Assembly: GCF_009914755.1 (NCBI RefSeq) | Contig: NC_060935.1 | Strand: one strand, 5' to 3' | Origin: the human T2T-CHM13v2.0 reference genome, Homo sapiens | DNA length: 64,000 nucleotides | In this document: piece by piece, positions 14,569 to 31,535 of the stretch | How positions within the stretch are numbered: position 1 is the stretch's first letter | Layout: the number at the start of each line of letters is the position of its first letter | Program-made: the position numbers and the translations under genes | Notes under the pieces: generated by a model | What the model was told of the DNA's origin: nothing | Seen by the model: the letters and a program-made list of their open reading frames with translations, nothing else | Database searches by the model: none

Positions 14569-14723
14569 TTGTTATAGAGTACGATGTCTGGCCGCCACAC
14601 AAGACTGCTGGGGATGCGGATGGCATCCAGGCCACCATAGGCATTGGGGTCCCATCGTAGGTAGGCATCTGTCCACTCCTGCCGTATCCACAGATACAGG
14701 GTCAGCACCTGGTTCCGTTCATC
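14569..14723 (-). CDS. CHRNA10: CHRNA10 exon 3 ([17 protein letters not shown]...WRPDIVLYN)
   Basis: TAG acceptor, GT donor, WxPD motif, 155 nt. Confidence 0.97.
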
Positions 14724-15168
14724 CTAGTGGGGGCAGGGAATGGCAGAGATGTGGACATGTATATGCATATCCTGCCCTGTCTGTGCACACTCCCCTGCAG
14801 GGCTCTGGTCAGCACCCACAAACCTGACTTGTCCATACCGTCCAGTTCCCACCCAGACCTGACCTTGCCATGTGACCTTAGTGGGCTCTTCTCTTTTCTG
14901 CCCCTGTTTCCTCAGCAGGAATATGGGGTGAGAATCCCTGCTTAGCAGGGATTCAGTAAGTTCAGGTGAACAAAATATTGGGCACGAGGTAGGCACCCAA
15001 TACTCAGTACCCAACAGTCAGTACCCAACAGTTTGTAACTGCTACCTTTGTTAATATTAACATTTACAGAAAAGAAATTCCATGGAGAATAATCCCAGTC
15101 TCTCACCCCTTCATTTCTTGACACTGTGACAGGTAAGACTCCACAGCTGTACCACCACCACAACGCAC

Positions 15169-15314
15169 CATGTCGATGATCTGGGACAGTGTCACCTCCA
15201 GGGTCACATTCAGAGTCTGGTCTGTGTCTGCCACAGGTCTCAGGGCACTTGTGTAGTTGGCAAAGAGGTCACGGAACAGCTTGAGAGCCAGCCGGCCCTC
15301 AGCTCCCAGGCACT
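15169..15314 (-). CDS. CHRNA10: CHRNA10 exon 2 ([28 protein letters not shown]...QIIDM)
   Basis: CAG acceptor, ATG|GT donor, 146 nt. Confidence 0.96.
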
Positions 15315-16624
15315 CTGGAGGGTCAGTAAGGAGGGTTGTCCATCCCAGGCCCTAGTCCCAGGGCCTCTGCTCACACCCTCCACTCCCAGGGCTGGGGCCC
15401 TGTCCTTATGAGTGTCCTCCTGGTGTCTGCCTTCTCTTGCTCTAGCTGTGGCTCTAGTTCCTCCCTGGCCTGCCTGCAGGGACACATGAGGTAAAGGCCA
15501 TGGAGTGAACTGGTACTATCTTCTGGCGCCAGGCTGACAAATTTCTCCTCCACCCTCCCCTTTTCAAGGACCTGGAGTCTGCCTGCCTCTCCACAAATGC
15601 TAGAGGGGCCCAAATAAGCCACAAGAGTCCAGACTTTCACCCAGGGATTCTAAATCCCACTGCTCTGCCCCCTCCAGTATCTCTCAAACCTGTTTCCACT
15701 TCTCCATCTCGAGCTGGTTTCTTCAAAACTTCTGATGCGATGGAACACTCCCTCACTCTGAAAACACACTTCCCCAGGCTTTACTGACACACATTTTCCT
15801 CAATCCCTGACCTAAACATTGTTCCCATGAATCCTGTCCTTGGCTCCCATCTTTTTCTTCATCCCAGATTTTTCTCCTGAGCTCCAGACCCCAATAGAGT
15901 ACAGTCCACTCCTGAGTTTCCCACAGGCACCTTCAACTCTGAGGGTCCAAAATATGAACTCGCTTCCTCCCTCCATGCTCTGAAACCTGCTTCCTATCCC
16001 ATGTTCCCTATCTCAGCAAATAGCATGCCCTCAGCTGCAACAGTGACCTCAGTTGGAAATCTGGGAATTATCCCTCCCTTCTCCCTCTGCTGCCTCCTCC
16101 TCGGGGAATCCAGTTAATCTCCAGATCCTGTCAGATCATTCAAATCCTCCAGATTTTGCGAAACATTGTCTTGAGTCTACCCTCTCCCCTCCAGGTCAGG
16201 GCCCTCCCTTCACTGTCTCCCTTTCCCCAAAGGCTCACCTTCTTCTACCCCTCCCATGCCCCAAGACCACGCTTTTAAGCATGCACATCTGACCAGGCTA
16301 GTATGCTGCTGAAACCTTTCAGTGCTCCCCGTCATCTGCAGGAGAAAGACCTGGCCTGGCCGGCAGGCCCTTCAACATCTGGCCCCTCTGATTTTCCCAG
16401 CCCTGTCTCTGGAAGCTCCCCGCTCACTGTTTCCACCCTAGCCAGGCAAGTCTCCTCTCACGCACTTCAGCACCCCTCTCCTCCACACTCCCCAAATAGA
16501 GAGCTTGTTCTCAGAACAGGTACTGAGGAGAAACACAAGAGAGACTACATGGAAAGGGATTTTGGGAGAACAGGAATAGTAGCACCACCAGGAGAGGCCA
16601 GGGCTGGTGTACTGAGCTTCATAC

Positions 16625-16685
16625 CTGCAGGGAGTAGAAACAGAAGCAGAAGGCCCAGGCTGAGGTGGTGGCTCCGGAGCCCCAT
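16625..16685 (-). CDS. CHRNA10: CHRNA10 exon 1, signal peptide MGLRSHHLSLGLLLLFLLPA
   Basis: GCCATGG Kozak context at 16685; CAG|GTATG donor; 61 nt. Confidence 0.95.
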
Positions 16686-17267
16686 GGCCCTGGCACTGCA
16701 AGAGCGGGGGCAGGTCTCTGGATGTGAGGCCTCCTGGCCAGACCTAGGGCAAAATTAGGCCCAGCTGGCAAGGATGGTGTGGACAGTACCTAGAAGTCAG
16801 AAGTAAGACAGATCTCTGGTGGGTCCAGCCACCCTCCAGCGAGCCCTGCAGCCCCTCCAGTCTTCTGACCCTCCAATTTGTGCCTGCCCCTGGATTTTAG
16901 TACTTGGTCTTTCTTCTTCTCTGCTGGTCCTTGCCTCTTCTGGCCTCTGCCTCTGCCCTTTCCTATGCTCCCCACCTGCTTTGTCTTTCACTCTGTTTCT
17001 GCTTCCTTCTCTTTCCGTCTGTAACTTTCTTGGTCTCTCTGCCTCCCTGACTCTGATCATCCCCTGCCTGCCTCTTTCCACTCTCTCTCCCTTTCTCCTA
17101 CTTCTGTTTCATCCCTCATTCCTTCCTTCTTCCATTCCCCACACCTGGACTCTAGATGGGCCTGCTGCTCTCTCAGCAGAACAGGGACCAGGGACTCCTC
17201 CCTTGATCAGCCCAGAGTCGTCCGAGGCACAGGACCACAGCCCCTCCCTCTCTGCCCTTTCACTAGC

Positions 17268-17340
17268 TTAATTACACCGTGCCTATGACAACAGAGCAAC
17301 GGAAACTGATACCTCGGGCCTCTGGGGCTTGAATTATTCA
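17268..17340. promoter_or_regulatory. Candidate CHRNA10 upstream element (homeodomain, RFX-like, SIX-like and POU4F-like motifs)
   Basis: Motif match only: TTAATTA, GTTGTCATAGGCAC, TGATAC, TGAATAATTCA within 73 bp. Confidence 0.35.
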
Positions 17341-18933
17341 AACTCTGTAAAGCAGCACACAGACTCAGCTCAGGCCCATCCTCGGGTGTTGGAGAGTACA
17401 GGTATGCTGGGTCAGGGTATGTGGAAGACCAGGGCTTAAGAGTGTGAGGGGCCAGGGTCAGTGGATGGATAACTGTCCTCTCATCTTAGCCACCATTGCC
17501 TGAATTCTGGAGGTGGAGGTTTGCCTTAGACCTGCAGCTCTCCTTGCAGTGCGGGACTAGACACTCCAGGCTAGGCACTTTGGGTCAAGCAAGCCCTTCC
17601 CTCCTGGTGGGAGTAGTGCTGAGCCTCAGGCCACTCCAGATGACCCAGTGGAGCAGAAGATGGAGCCCACATCCTCTCCTCAGACTCCCTGCAGTCATTC
17701 CCATCTGAGCCTGTTTTTTCACCTTGCCCAAACACTGTGGGCAGTGTGGGAGAAGAGGGCAAGCATTCAGTCACTTTCGGCCCTGTCTTATGAGCGCTCT
17801 CACTTGGGTAAGATATTTAAACTCTCTGGGTTTCTGTTCTCTCAATCTGGTAATGGGATTAACAGTACTCATCTTGAAAACTGCAAGGATTTAAATGAGA
17901 TAACCTGATAGTGCAAGGCACTGTCTAGCACGGTGCCTAAGGTACAGCAGGTCATCAACAATATTTACACTGTGGTCCCAGTAAGGTAGCCAGGCTATCC
18001 TCAGGTCACAGGTATTTATCATGCACAGAGTTTTGATTATTTTTGTTCAAGCTGACCAGTTGCCTGACCAACAGCAGCACATACTTCCCTGGCAATCACA
18101 TCCATAGCCATGACTTTGGGCATCGTGGATATGCCAGTGATTCCCTGCACTTTCTCCACCCGTCCCCTCTCCCAGGTACTCTGCTTATCTCCAACCACCT
18201 TCCTAACACACAAGCGTTTCACATCATTTCAAATTGAAATCCAACATTCACTTATTCAAGCTAGTAGAGGGGAACTGTCCTTAACTTGTTAAAGAACAAC
18301 TACCAAAATACCCTACAGCCATCCTGCCACCTCAGCCTCCTGAATAGCTGGAACTAAAGGTGCACACCACCCAGCTAATTTTTGTTCATTTTTTAAGAGA
18401 CAAGGTCTCCCTATGTTGCCTAGGCTGGTCTTAAACTCCTGGGCTCAAGGGATTCTCCCTCCTCAGCCTCCCGAGGTGCTGGGATTACAGGCGTGAGCCA
18501 TCGTGCCCAACCAATACAAGGTTTAACAAATCCTTAGGAAAGCCTAAGAAATGAACATTTAAAGCAGAAATTAAGATTATACAGAACTCCAGTAAAATTG
18601 ATTAATACGTCTAAGGACTGGTTATTTGAATAACAAAAAATCTGGAACAATTTTCTGGAAATACAAATTAACAAAACTGAGCTAAAGATGAAACATCTAA
18701 AAAGAGCAGATACTCTGCAGGCCTTTGCTTAATTATTCCAATATTTAATTCTCCAGACCTCTGTTAACTTTGGGTTCTGTTGAGAAAATAAGTTATTTGA
18801 ATGTTGTAGATTCCACAGATCTATCGAATGTTGAGGTAACTGGTTCCTGTTTTATGTTTTTGAGAATTTTTTTTGAAATTAAAACATTTTTTACTATTTC
18901 AACGGGATTTTGGGATGTGGAAGAGATTGTTCA

Positions 18934-19228
18934 GGCCTGGCGCGGTGGCTCACGTCTGTAATCCCAGCACTTTGGGAGGCCAAGGCAGGCTTATCACGAG
19001 GTCAGGAGATCGAGACCATCCTGGCTAACACGGTGAAACCCCGTCTCTACTGAAAATACAAAAAAAAATTAGTCGGGCATGGTGGCGGGTGCCTGTGGTC
19101 CTAGCTACTTGGGAGGCTGAGGAAGGAGAATGGCATGAACCCGGGAGGTGGAGCTTGCAGATTGTGCCCCACTGCACTCCAGCCTGGGGGACAGAGCGAG
19201 ACTCTGTCTCAAAAAAAAAAAAAAAAAG
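18934..19228 (+). mobile_element. AluY-like element with 13-bp TSD
   Basis: AAGAGATTGTTCA at 18921-18933 and 19229-19241. Confidence 0.92.
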
Positions 19229-19316
19229 AAGAGATTGTTCATCACCCTTATCTTGAACTGGAAGTTGATATTCTCTTTTATGCACAACATGGCTTCTATG
19301 ATAAACCTTTGATTGA

Positions 19317-19624
<308 letters not shown>

Positions 19625-20402
19625 TAACCATTTCTATAGCATACTCACTTTCTGAAACATTCCTCTGGTAAGGAAACCAGGTCAGGTGTTCTTTGCTGGA
19701 AGTCCAACTATGTTTTGTGACTCACTCAGGTTCACATAGTGAGTCAGTAGTGGAGGGGATTCCAGCTGAGTAACCCCTATCCTGAGGCATCTAAGTTAAA
19801 TGGAAGTTCCAGACAACAGAGCTGACCCACTCTGCTTTCTCATCCCTGAATTCCTGAAAGTCTCAGAAGTCTTTGGTCTAATCTTAATTGGAATTTGCTC
19901 ACATCTTCAGCTTGACAGATCAAAATAAGATCTGGAATAGTACTCATGCTACTCAATTGATTCCTCTTGAAAATAGCCCTGTGTGAAGTAACATCAGCAA
20001 TCATTATCCCCTTTACAAAAGGGAATCTGATTTAGAAAGGTGAAGCGTCACTCAGGGTTTAAAAACAAAACCACTATAGTAGAAGAGCGAGGAGGCTTTG
20101 AATGGTATATTCTATTGGGCAATTTGAGACCCGGGAATCTATGTGCATAAATATATGTACAGCAATCAGTATTAATCAATAATCAACTCCCTTGCCCCTA
20201 AATTTCCCCTTATAAATCTAGCCTTTGGGCTAATCTATCTTTCAGTTTAGCACCCAATTGTTCTCTTTAGCCCATGGCCTGTCTCCATTTAGAAGGCAAA
20301 TTCAAAAACAGGCTAAATCAAACAAGGCCACCATAAAGATCCTCAGGGTAAGAAGGCTCAAAAATACAAAGGGAAAGCCAATACCAGGAATGCTATAAAC
20401 AT

Positions 20403-20462
20403 TTTATTTATTTTTTAAGAAAGTAGCTTCAGAAAAAGAGGAAAATATCTAGATCATTTATT
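20403..20462 (-). terminator. NUP98: NUP98-96 distal poly(A) signal cluster
   Basis: AATAAA (minus) at 20403-08, 20407-12 and 20457-62; a more proximal one at 21265-70. Confidence 0.75.
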
Positions 20463-21530
20463 TATACATATATATATTTTTTAATAAAAACCTTTACATT
20501 ATCTTCATGCATAAAGACCCAGGTGTGGCCATATTGCCTGAGATAGCCCTAACACCAGCTATCTCATGCCATTACCTGGGGCTCCCTATAGCTGTCAGCA
20601 GTGTAGCAAAGGCCCTCTGCCTGCCCCTAACGCCCAACTCCATGCCTGCCTCAGTCATGGTTTGTTTTTGCTTCTGGAAGGGGTAGATGGAGGGTGGGAA
20701 ATGCTTTGGAGCTAACATGGGATGAACAGGGAGGGTTACCCAACCTGCCATTTTTTATCCAAACTCTGCAGGCAAATCCAGACAGAGTCTCAGCAAGACT
20801 GAAAACCAGGGACCAAACCAAACTCTGGGAGCTTCCCACAGACATGTCACATGTGACCAAGGGTTCCTGCACATAGTAGTAGCAAAGGTATGGTGTTCAT
20901 GGAACTCTAAAGGCAGGAACAAAAACAGCCCTGAAGATCAATCCCTCCGTGACAGGCATTCACTTCTGCCCTAAGTGTGTCAGAAAGATCCCATTTTGTT
21001 TCCTAACTCAGGCCAACCCTCCTTTGCCTCCAAAATTCAGTGTTAACTAACCAATTACTTAAGAGACGGATCCCTCTTCCTTCTGTGGATAGTTCATCTG
21101 TTAAGGATCCATTATCACCTGTCTCACTCCTCCTAAGGAGTCCTAGTATAAAAGGGCCAGGGTAGGAGTAGGGAAGCTGGTTGGCATGGAGGGTCACAAG
21201 ATCCAGAATGGCTAGGGATGGAAAAAGAATACCCTGGTTCTTTGGGGGATTCTGCCAAAGGAGCTTTATTGACCATTTTTTTAAAGGAAAAACACTGAAT
21301 GATCTTGAGGATGGTAAACTGTCTCCTCTTCTGGGTTCCAGAAGCCCTTATGCTACGTTCAGTATTAAGAAAAGCCCTGAACAAGTGGAGGATGCTGCTT
21401 CTGGCAGCAGGGAGGGAGGGTAGATGCCACAGCCAACCCAGAGAATGGCAAACAGTGCCAATCCAAACAAGGCAGGGAACCTCTGTGTGGTGTGAATGGG
21501 CATGTGACTGTGATGCAAAGTGCCTGGGGC

Positions 21531-21748
21531 TCACAGGCTCCCAACAGCCAGTTCTCGCAGATAGGACTGGGTAAGGCTGCGCAGTTCGTCCATGGCATAG
21601 TCCTCAGGCATGGGAAGCCGGCCAATGTGGGGAGCCAAGAGGCGCAAAGGGACTCGCTGAGGGTCTGGTGTTGAGTCGGAGGTTCTATCAGGAGGATGAT
21701 GCAGACTCAGCACCACGCGCAGCAGGTTGGCTACACGTTTGGCCATGT
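21531..21748 (-). CDS. NUP98: NUP98-96 final coding exon (~33), ...SYLRELAVGSL*
   Basis: TAG|AC ATG acceptor; TGA at 21531; sum from the cleavage Ser to stop is 2814 nt = 937-aa NUP96. Confidence 0.97.
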
Positions 21749-21880
21749 CTAGAGAGAAAAACTAGAGTCAAGCACTGAGCATGGGGTCTGGAGAAGGGTG
21801 GTAGGCACTGAGGGTGGGGTGTAATAATCATAAAAACAGGAAGCAAGAAGGCAGAAAGAGTGAGGAGGTTAGAGGCTTAC

Positions 21881-21992
21881 CTGACTGAGCCAGGCGATCT
21901 TTAGCACTGTAACACTGAATCTGCTCTATCCGACTGCACAGTGAAGTCACTTTGATGTGTAACTGCTCCAGGTCATTACCTGAGCAATCCAC
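21881..21992 (-). CDS. NUP98: NUP98-96 exon ~32 (VDCSGNDLEQLH...DRLAQS)
   Basis: AG/GT boundaries, 112 nt, in phase. Confidence 0.95.
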
Positions 21993-24283
21993 CTACAAAG
22001 AAGCAGAGAAGCCAATTAATCCAAGGGGAGTTCCTATCACTCCAATCCCACCTATAGACTCTACACAAAACCTTGAAACAACAGTGAGGTGAGGGAGGGG
22101 AAAATCCAAGATGATGACACAGGGCCAAGCCACCACCATCTAGTGGAGGACAAGGCACTAATTATGCAGTAATAGCCAAGAGGAAGGTAACACAGTTACC
22201 TAGCCTTGGACTAGGAAAAGTCTTGAGATCCCGAACTATACAGCAAGCTTTAATAACACAGCACCAAAAATCAAGATAAATTGGGTTCAGAGAGATGGTA
22301 TGACTTCTAAAGAGCACACAAGGAAGTAAAAAATGCAGCCAGAACCAACATTTAATTTAGGTCCCCTGACTCCAAGTTTATAGCCTTTTCTAAAACACCA
22401 AAAAAGCTGTGTGCAGGGGGCAGGAGGATCAAGAGCAAGACAGGTTATTTGCTCTCATGAAACTGATAGAAAATAAATAAGAAAACACAAAACAGTAATA
22501 AATCCTGAAAAATCACAAGCCATGTAGATAATTTAAACAGGTGGATGTGGCAGAGAGAAACTGGATAGCTACTTGAGACTGGAGGACCAAGAGAGGCTTC
22601 TTTAAGGAGGTCATATTTAAATTGAGACCTGAATAACAAGGAGAGAGCTCAGCTTTCCAGGCAAAGAGAAGACAGCTAAAACCCCCAAAGGTGGGAATTC
22701 AAAGGAGATTTACATGGTGACATGTAGGGTAAGGAGAAGAAGCAGAACAAGATAATACTAGAGAGTTTTTATGTAACATAGGTTTTTTTTTTTTTTTTTT
22801 TTGGGAGAAGGGGGGTCTCGCTATGTTGCTCAGGCTGGTCTCAAGCAATCCTCCTGCCTCAGCCTCCCAAAGTACTAGGATTACAGTCATGCACCACCAC
22901 ATCCAGCTATGTGCTGGCACATTGATAGTACCCTTTGCTTAATCCCTATACTTATCAAGCTATAGTAATTGCTGCTTTACTTGTATATATCTCCCCCACA
23001 AAATCATTATTTTGGTAAGGGCAGAACACATACTGTTTACCTTTATATTCCCCAAACCCACTACAGTGCTTGGCATACAGTGAGTTCTCCATAATAGGTT
23101 GTGTGAATGAATTACTCAATATTCAATGAGAAAGTGGTTTCTTCAAGTGATTATTTAGAAATGATGTTCTTGATTCATACTAAAAGTACAGCAAACATTG
23201 AATTATGTCTATTATGTGCCAGGCACTGTACTAGGAGTTGGAACTTTGATGAGGATAATAATAGATAACAATTATTAAGCATTTAGTAGAGGCCGAGGTC
23301 AGGAGTTTGAGACCAGCCTGGCCAACATGGTGAAACCCCGTCTCTACTAAAATACACACAAAGCTGGGTGTGGTGGCACACGCCTGTAATCCCAGCTACT
23401 GGGGAGGCTGAGGCAGGAGAATTGTTTGAAGCTGGGAGATGCAGTGAGCTGAGATTGTGCCACTGCCCTCCAGCCTGGGTGACAGAGTAAAACTCTGCCT
23501 AAAAAAAAAAAAAAAAGGCATTTAGTACATGAAAGGTACTATGTAAAACACTTCATGTAGATTTTGTTTAATCTTTGTGAAAATCTGTCAATATGAACTA
23601 TAATCTGTACTACTGTCTACCCCACCCACCTTTTTCTTTCAGACGAGAGAGGTAGTTAACTTGCTCAAGATTACATAGCCAGTGAATTTGGAAGCCACAA
23701 ATTGAATCTATAAGTCTGCTTCCAGAACTTGAGCTGTTAACCTCTACACTCTATTGCCTGTAACCGTAAAAGACCTTCCCAAAAGGGGCTTATAGCAACC
23801 TGAAAATATGAATAAGTAACTACAATATGGTCTGACAGGTGCACTAGTAGAATAATGTACTAAGTATCTTGGTAGTAAGAAAGTGCAATTAATTATCTCT
23901 GGGGAAAAGCAGAGAGAAGTAGGGGTAACAGCAACCTAGATCTTAAAAGGATGAGTTTAAGTGTGCTAGGTAGTGTGGAACATAATATGGTTTGTTAGAA
24001 ACACCAGAAGTAATTTAGTGTGAGTACAGCAGGCTAGCAAGGCTGGAACGTGGAATAAGAGTGGTAGGAGTAAGGCAGGAAAGGTAAAAGCCTCTAAAAG
24101 GACTTGAATCCTATATTTATTATAATGAGTTTGGTTTTTGCACCATAAGCAAGCAGTGGAGACTCATTTTACGACTACAAAGACTGACCTTAAGGCTGCG
24201 TGCAGGCGTGCGGTAAGCTCATGCCTGTAATCCCAGCAATTTGGGAGGCCAAGGTGGGCCGATCACTTGAGGCCAGGAATTCA

Positions 24284-24526
<243 letters not shown>

Positions 24527-24916
24527 TTAAAACCCATATTTGCAATTTTAAAACATGCCAAATGATGTGTAAAACAGCTATCCTCACCCTCACCAAATCT
24601 CCATTCTTATTTTATCTCTCATCTTTGGGCTTCTCACTCAAACTAGGACTGAACAAGGGGAAGAGACTGTCTATGGACAAGCCTCAGGAATGTCTATTGC
24701 ACATACTAGTTGGTAATCAACATAAAATAGCATTTTTAAGTTTCGATATAGCTGTCAGAAACGGTTATATCAAATGAGCCTCAGCAAGATGCCTGCTTTG
24801 ACAGTGCTATCTCTGTCAGTGCATTCTCAAGTGTATACTAAGGCCTTGTGAGGTATCTGAAGATTTAAGGGCCTGAGAAAAGGAAAATCAGGCAGCAGTT
24901 TCAGGATCTCAGGTAC

Positions 24917-25071
24917 CTGCTGTATATGGCGGAGCATTTCAATGACTCTAATATAGTCCAGGTAAACAAGCCCAGATGTTTCCCAATCCTGAATTAGGCT
25001 GCTGCGCTCTGGAGGTGCCAGGTCTTCCAAGAACCCCTTCAGGTAGTCATAGTTCTCATTAATGATGGCAT
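24917..25071 (-). CDS. NUP98: NUP98-96 exon ~31 (DAIINENYDYLKGFLEDL...RHIQQ)
   Basis: AG/GT boundaries, 155 nt. Confidence 0.95.
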
Positions 25072-25200
25072 CTGAAGAAACAAAGTATTGAGCACAATGT
25101 CTGCACAAGTGCATAGTTTCCAAAAGTACAGAAGACATGGCAGGAAGACAGAAAGGAAGGAGAAATAATGTTGGCTGGACTTCAGAAGTAAAAGCACATA

Positions 25201-28208
<3,008 letters not shown>

Positions 28209-28562
28209 TATTCTGAAATTCTCCAATGGAAAATGTGAAGAATTTCTAGTTTCAGGCCTTAAGGAGATTATTTCTGGTGTTGCTGGAGAAAATTCCCATA
28301 AGTAAACAAATTAAAATAATAATAATATTAGCACACATCAAGAATATTTCTGGGAAATGATAACAATATTGCTATCTACCCCTGCTCCTCTAGCGCCTCA
28401 TCCTGGCTAAGCCTCTTCTGCAGAGAGCTTTTGCAAAGTATGATTTGATTCAAGATGGCCATGTCCTACGTTGAGTCTTATTTCCAGTCTGACCCCATCA
28501 TGGAGGTTCAGAGGTTGGAGGAATTTGGGGTGATTCCAGGAGATGTGGAACCCAGCACTCAC

Positions 28563-28804
28563 CAGAAGCTAAGTGTCGGATGATGAGCTTGTGGCAGCGG
28601 TTCCAGTGCTCAGCCTTAAATAAGCAAAGGGCCTCTAAGTGCTTGTCAGATTCCATGTGTGCTCGCACAGCTTTGGCCTCGTGGATCCATTTGGCAGGTA
28701 CACGGAGCTTCTGGGTAAGGAAAGTCTCTTTAGCCCAAGATTCAGGGGTCTCCAACAGCTGGCAGTGCCGGGTAAGCAGCTCTCGAACAGCCTTCTCACG
28801 TATG
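28563..28804 (-). CDS. NUP98: NUP98-96 exon ~30 (IREKAVRELLTRHC...IIRHLAS)
   Basis: AG/GT boundaries, 242 nt. Confidence 0.95.
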
Positions 28805-28898
28805 CTACAGGGAGAGATAAGCTAGAATAAATCCCATCCTCATTCATGGAGAAGGCTGCCCCAGGCAGCTTAGAGTGGCCCTTGGGGCAGTCTCTTAA

Positions 28899-29072
<174 letters not shown>

Positions 29073-29460
29073 TAATTTAGTAGAGGCAGGGTTTCTCCAT
29101 GTTGGTTGGGCTGGTCTGGAACTCCCAACCTCAGGTGATCCACCCGCCTCAGCTTCCCAAAGTGCTAGGATTACAGGCGTGAGCCACCACACCTGGCCTA
29201 AACTATGGGTCTTGATCACTTTAAGCTTCACTAAAAAAATCAAAGGTGATCTCACACCGGTATTAATTTTTAAAAATGACAGCACTGGCCAGGCACAGTG
29301 CCTCACGCCTGTAATCCCAGCACTTTGGGAGGTCAAGGTGGGTGGATCACATGAGGTCAGGAGTTCAGCCTGGCCAACATGGTGAAACCCCGTCTCTGCA
29401 AAAAATAATTTAAAAAATTAGCTGGGTGTGGTGGCAGGCGTCTGTAATCCCAGCTACTCA

Positions 29461-29565
<105 letters not shown>

Positions 29566-31313
29566 TCAAAAACAAAACAAAACAAAACAAACACATAGCA
29601 TTAATTTTTAAAAATAAAATAAAGTATTTTCATGTTCAAAAAGTTGGGGCTTGGCTCGGCGCAGTGGCTCACGCCTGTAATCCCAGCACTTTGGCAGGCC
29701 GAGGCGGACAGATCACGAGGTCAAGTCATTTACTTTCAGATCAAAACTATTCTCATTATGGACTCTTTTCTGAATTCCTAAGCTTTTCAATGACTTCCAC
29801 TGTCATCACAACTGCCTCCTTTTTTATATTCTTTTTCAGGAAACAAGATCTGCTTCTCCATAGTCAACTCCGAAACATTAGCCATCCTATCAAGCCAGTC
29901 TTTTACCATGTGAAATCCTTTATGACTGTGTTTAAATAAACTTAAAAAAATAGCCTGGGGTCATTTCATTCCCTGTTAAAGGGGAAGAAGAAAGAGAAAC
30001 TGCTTAAAGAAAGAGAAATTGCTTAAGTCTTAATAAGACTATGCTAGATGCTTTATACTTTTACTCTTTTTAATTTCACAATCACCTTTAAATAGAAACT
30101 AATGTTATGCTTTCACAGGCCAAAAAAAAAAAAAAAAAAGGCTTAGGTTTAGAGAGTTAAGAGAGTATCTTTATCCAAAGTCAAAAGTAAGCTTTACCCT
30201 AGGTCAAAGTGAGTACGTGGTAGATCTAGAATTTAGACCCTATTTCCTTCCATACCATGCAACACAACAGTGCAGCATAATGATAAGAGCACAGACTCTG
30301 GACGAAAGTTGGAAACCTCACTCTGCCATTTACTAGCTGTGTGACCTTGGACAAAAGTTAAGCTCTGTGTCTTGGGTTACTGACCTATAAAACAGAGATA
30401 ATAACAGTGTCTATCTCACAGGTCATAATGAACATAAAACAGTTAATATATATGGTATACAATATAAACATGTGTAAAAGCACTTCAAGTACTACATAAA
30501 TGTTCATTTTGTGTAATTACTGAAATACCATACTGCTATCATTAACAAAAATCTCCAGCCTTATCTTGTTCAAACCGCAGTGAAAAGGCATTTCTCCAGT
30601 TCTCTTTAAGGACAGAGAATCAAGACACATATACCTAAGCACAAGGCTGTGTTAATAAATACAATACTATCAAGCTTAAGGAATGGGTCGGTGACAAGGG
30701 ATGACCAGAGAAAAAGCAAGCCATTGGACACAGAAAAAGCAGGGACCTTTTTGCTAACCCATTACTTCCCTGCCGTGGAGTCACTGAGGCAGCTCAGACA
30801 GCACTATTTCTGTGTAATTCCTAAACATGCCACATTCACCTGAATCTGGGATTCAGAAAAGAGCCCACTATGAGGAGAATAGTTCTGATCTGAAATTAAA
30901 TGACTAGTTTTTTGGCCCAGGCATAATGCTATTGTCCCATCTGGGCATATTCTCTCATTTCCACTTCATTATTTCCTATTCCAATTTTACAGGTTCTTCG
31001 ACTCTTACCTCTATGAAGAATTTCTCTGATCAATGCAGTTCACAGAGATCTTTTTTTCTCAGACTGCTGAGAGACTTTGTGATAAATATTATAATTTGGC
31101 ACTTAATCAAAGGAAGTCTCAGTTTTAACTGGTTTACATGAATACAGAAACAGTCTAGGCTAAGGGTTTAACTATCTTGAGGTTTATCACAACGCTGGAT
31201 CTAACACACATTCTACACAATTACTTGCTAAACTGAACCCTGAAAGACTGATTCCTTTGGAATTGCCCTGTAGTGCTAGATGTACCCAGTGGGTTCAACG
31301 GCTTCTCACTCAC

Positions 31314-31535
31314 CCTGAGTTGTCAATGTGCAGGAGGACAAAGATGGCCCACTCCCAGAGCCCCTCACTTTCAAGCTGGCCAGCGTAACTGGCCTGTAGC
31401 ACACCTTCACACTGCGCTGAGAGATGGGTGTAGTTAAGAGCCCTCAGCACTTCCCACAAGTGCCAGCTTAGGCGGTAGTCCAAAGGATCTGCTGTTATGC
31501 TTCGAGGCTCCAGCAGCTGGTTGAGATCATAATGT
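31314..31535 (-). CDS. NUP98: NUP98-96 exon ~29 (HYDLNQLLEPR...LHIDNSG), frame-preserving
   Basis: AG/GT boundaries, 222 nt, phase 2-2. Confidence 0.95.
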
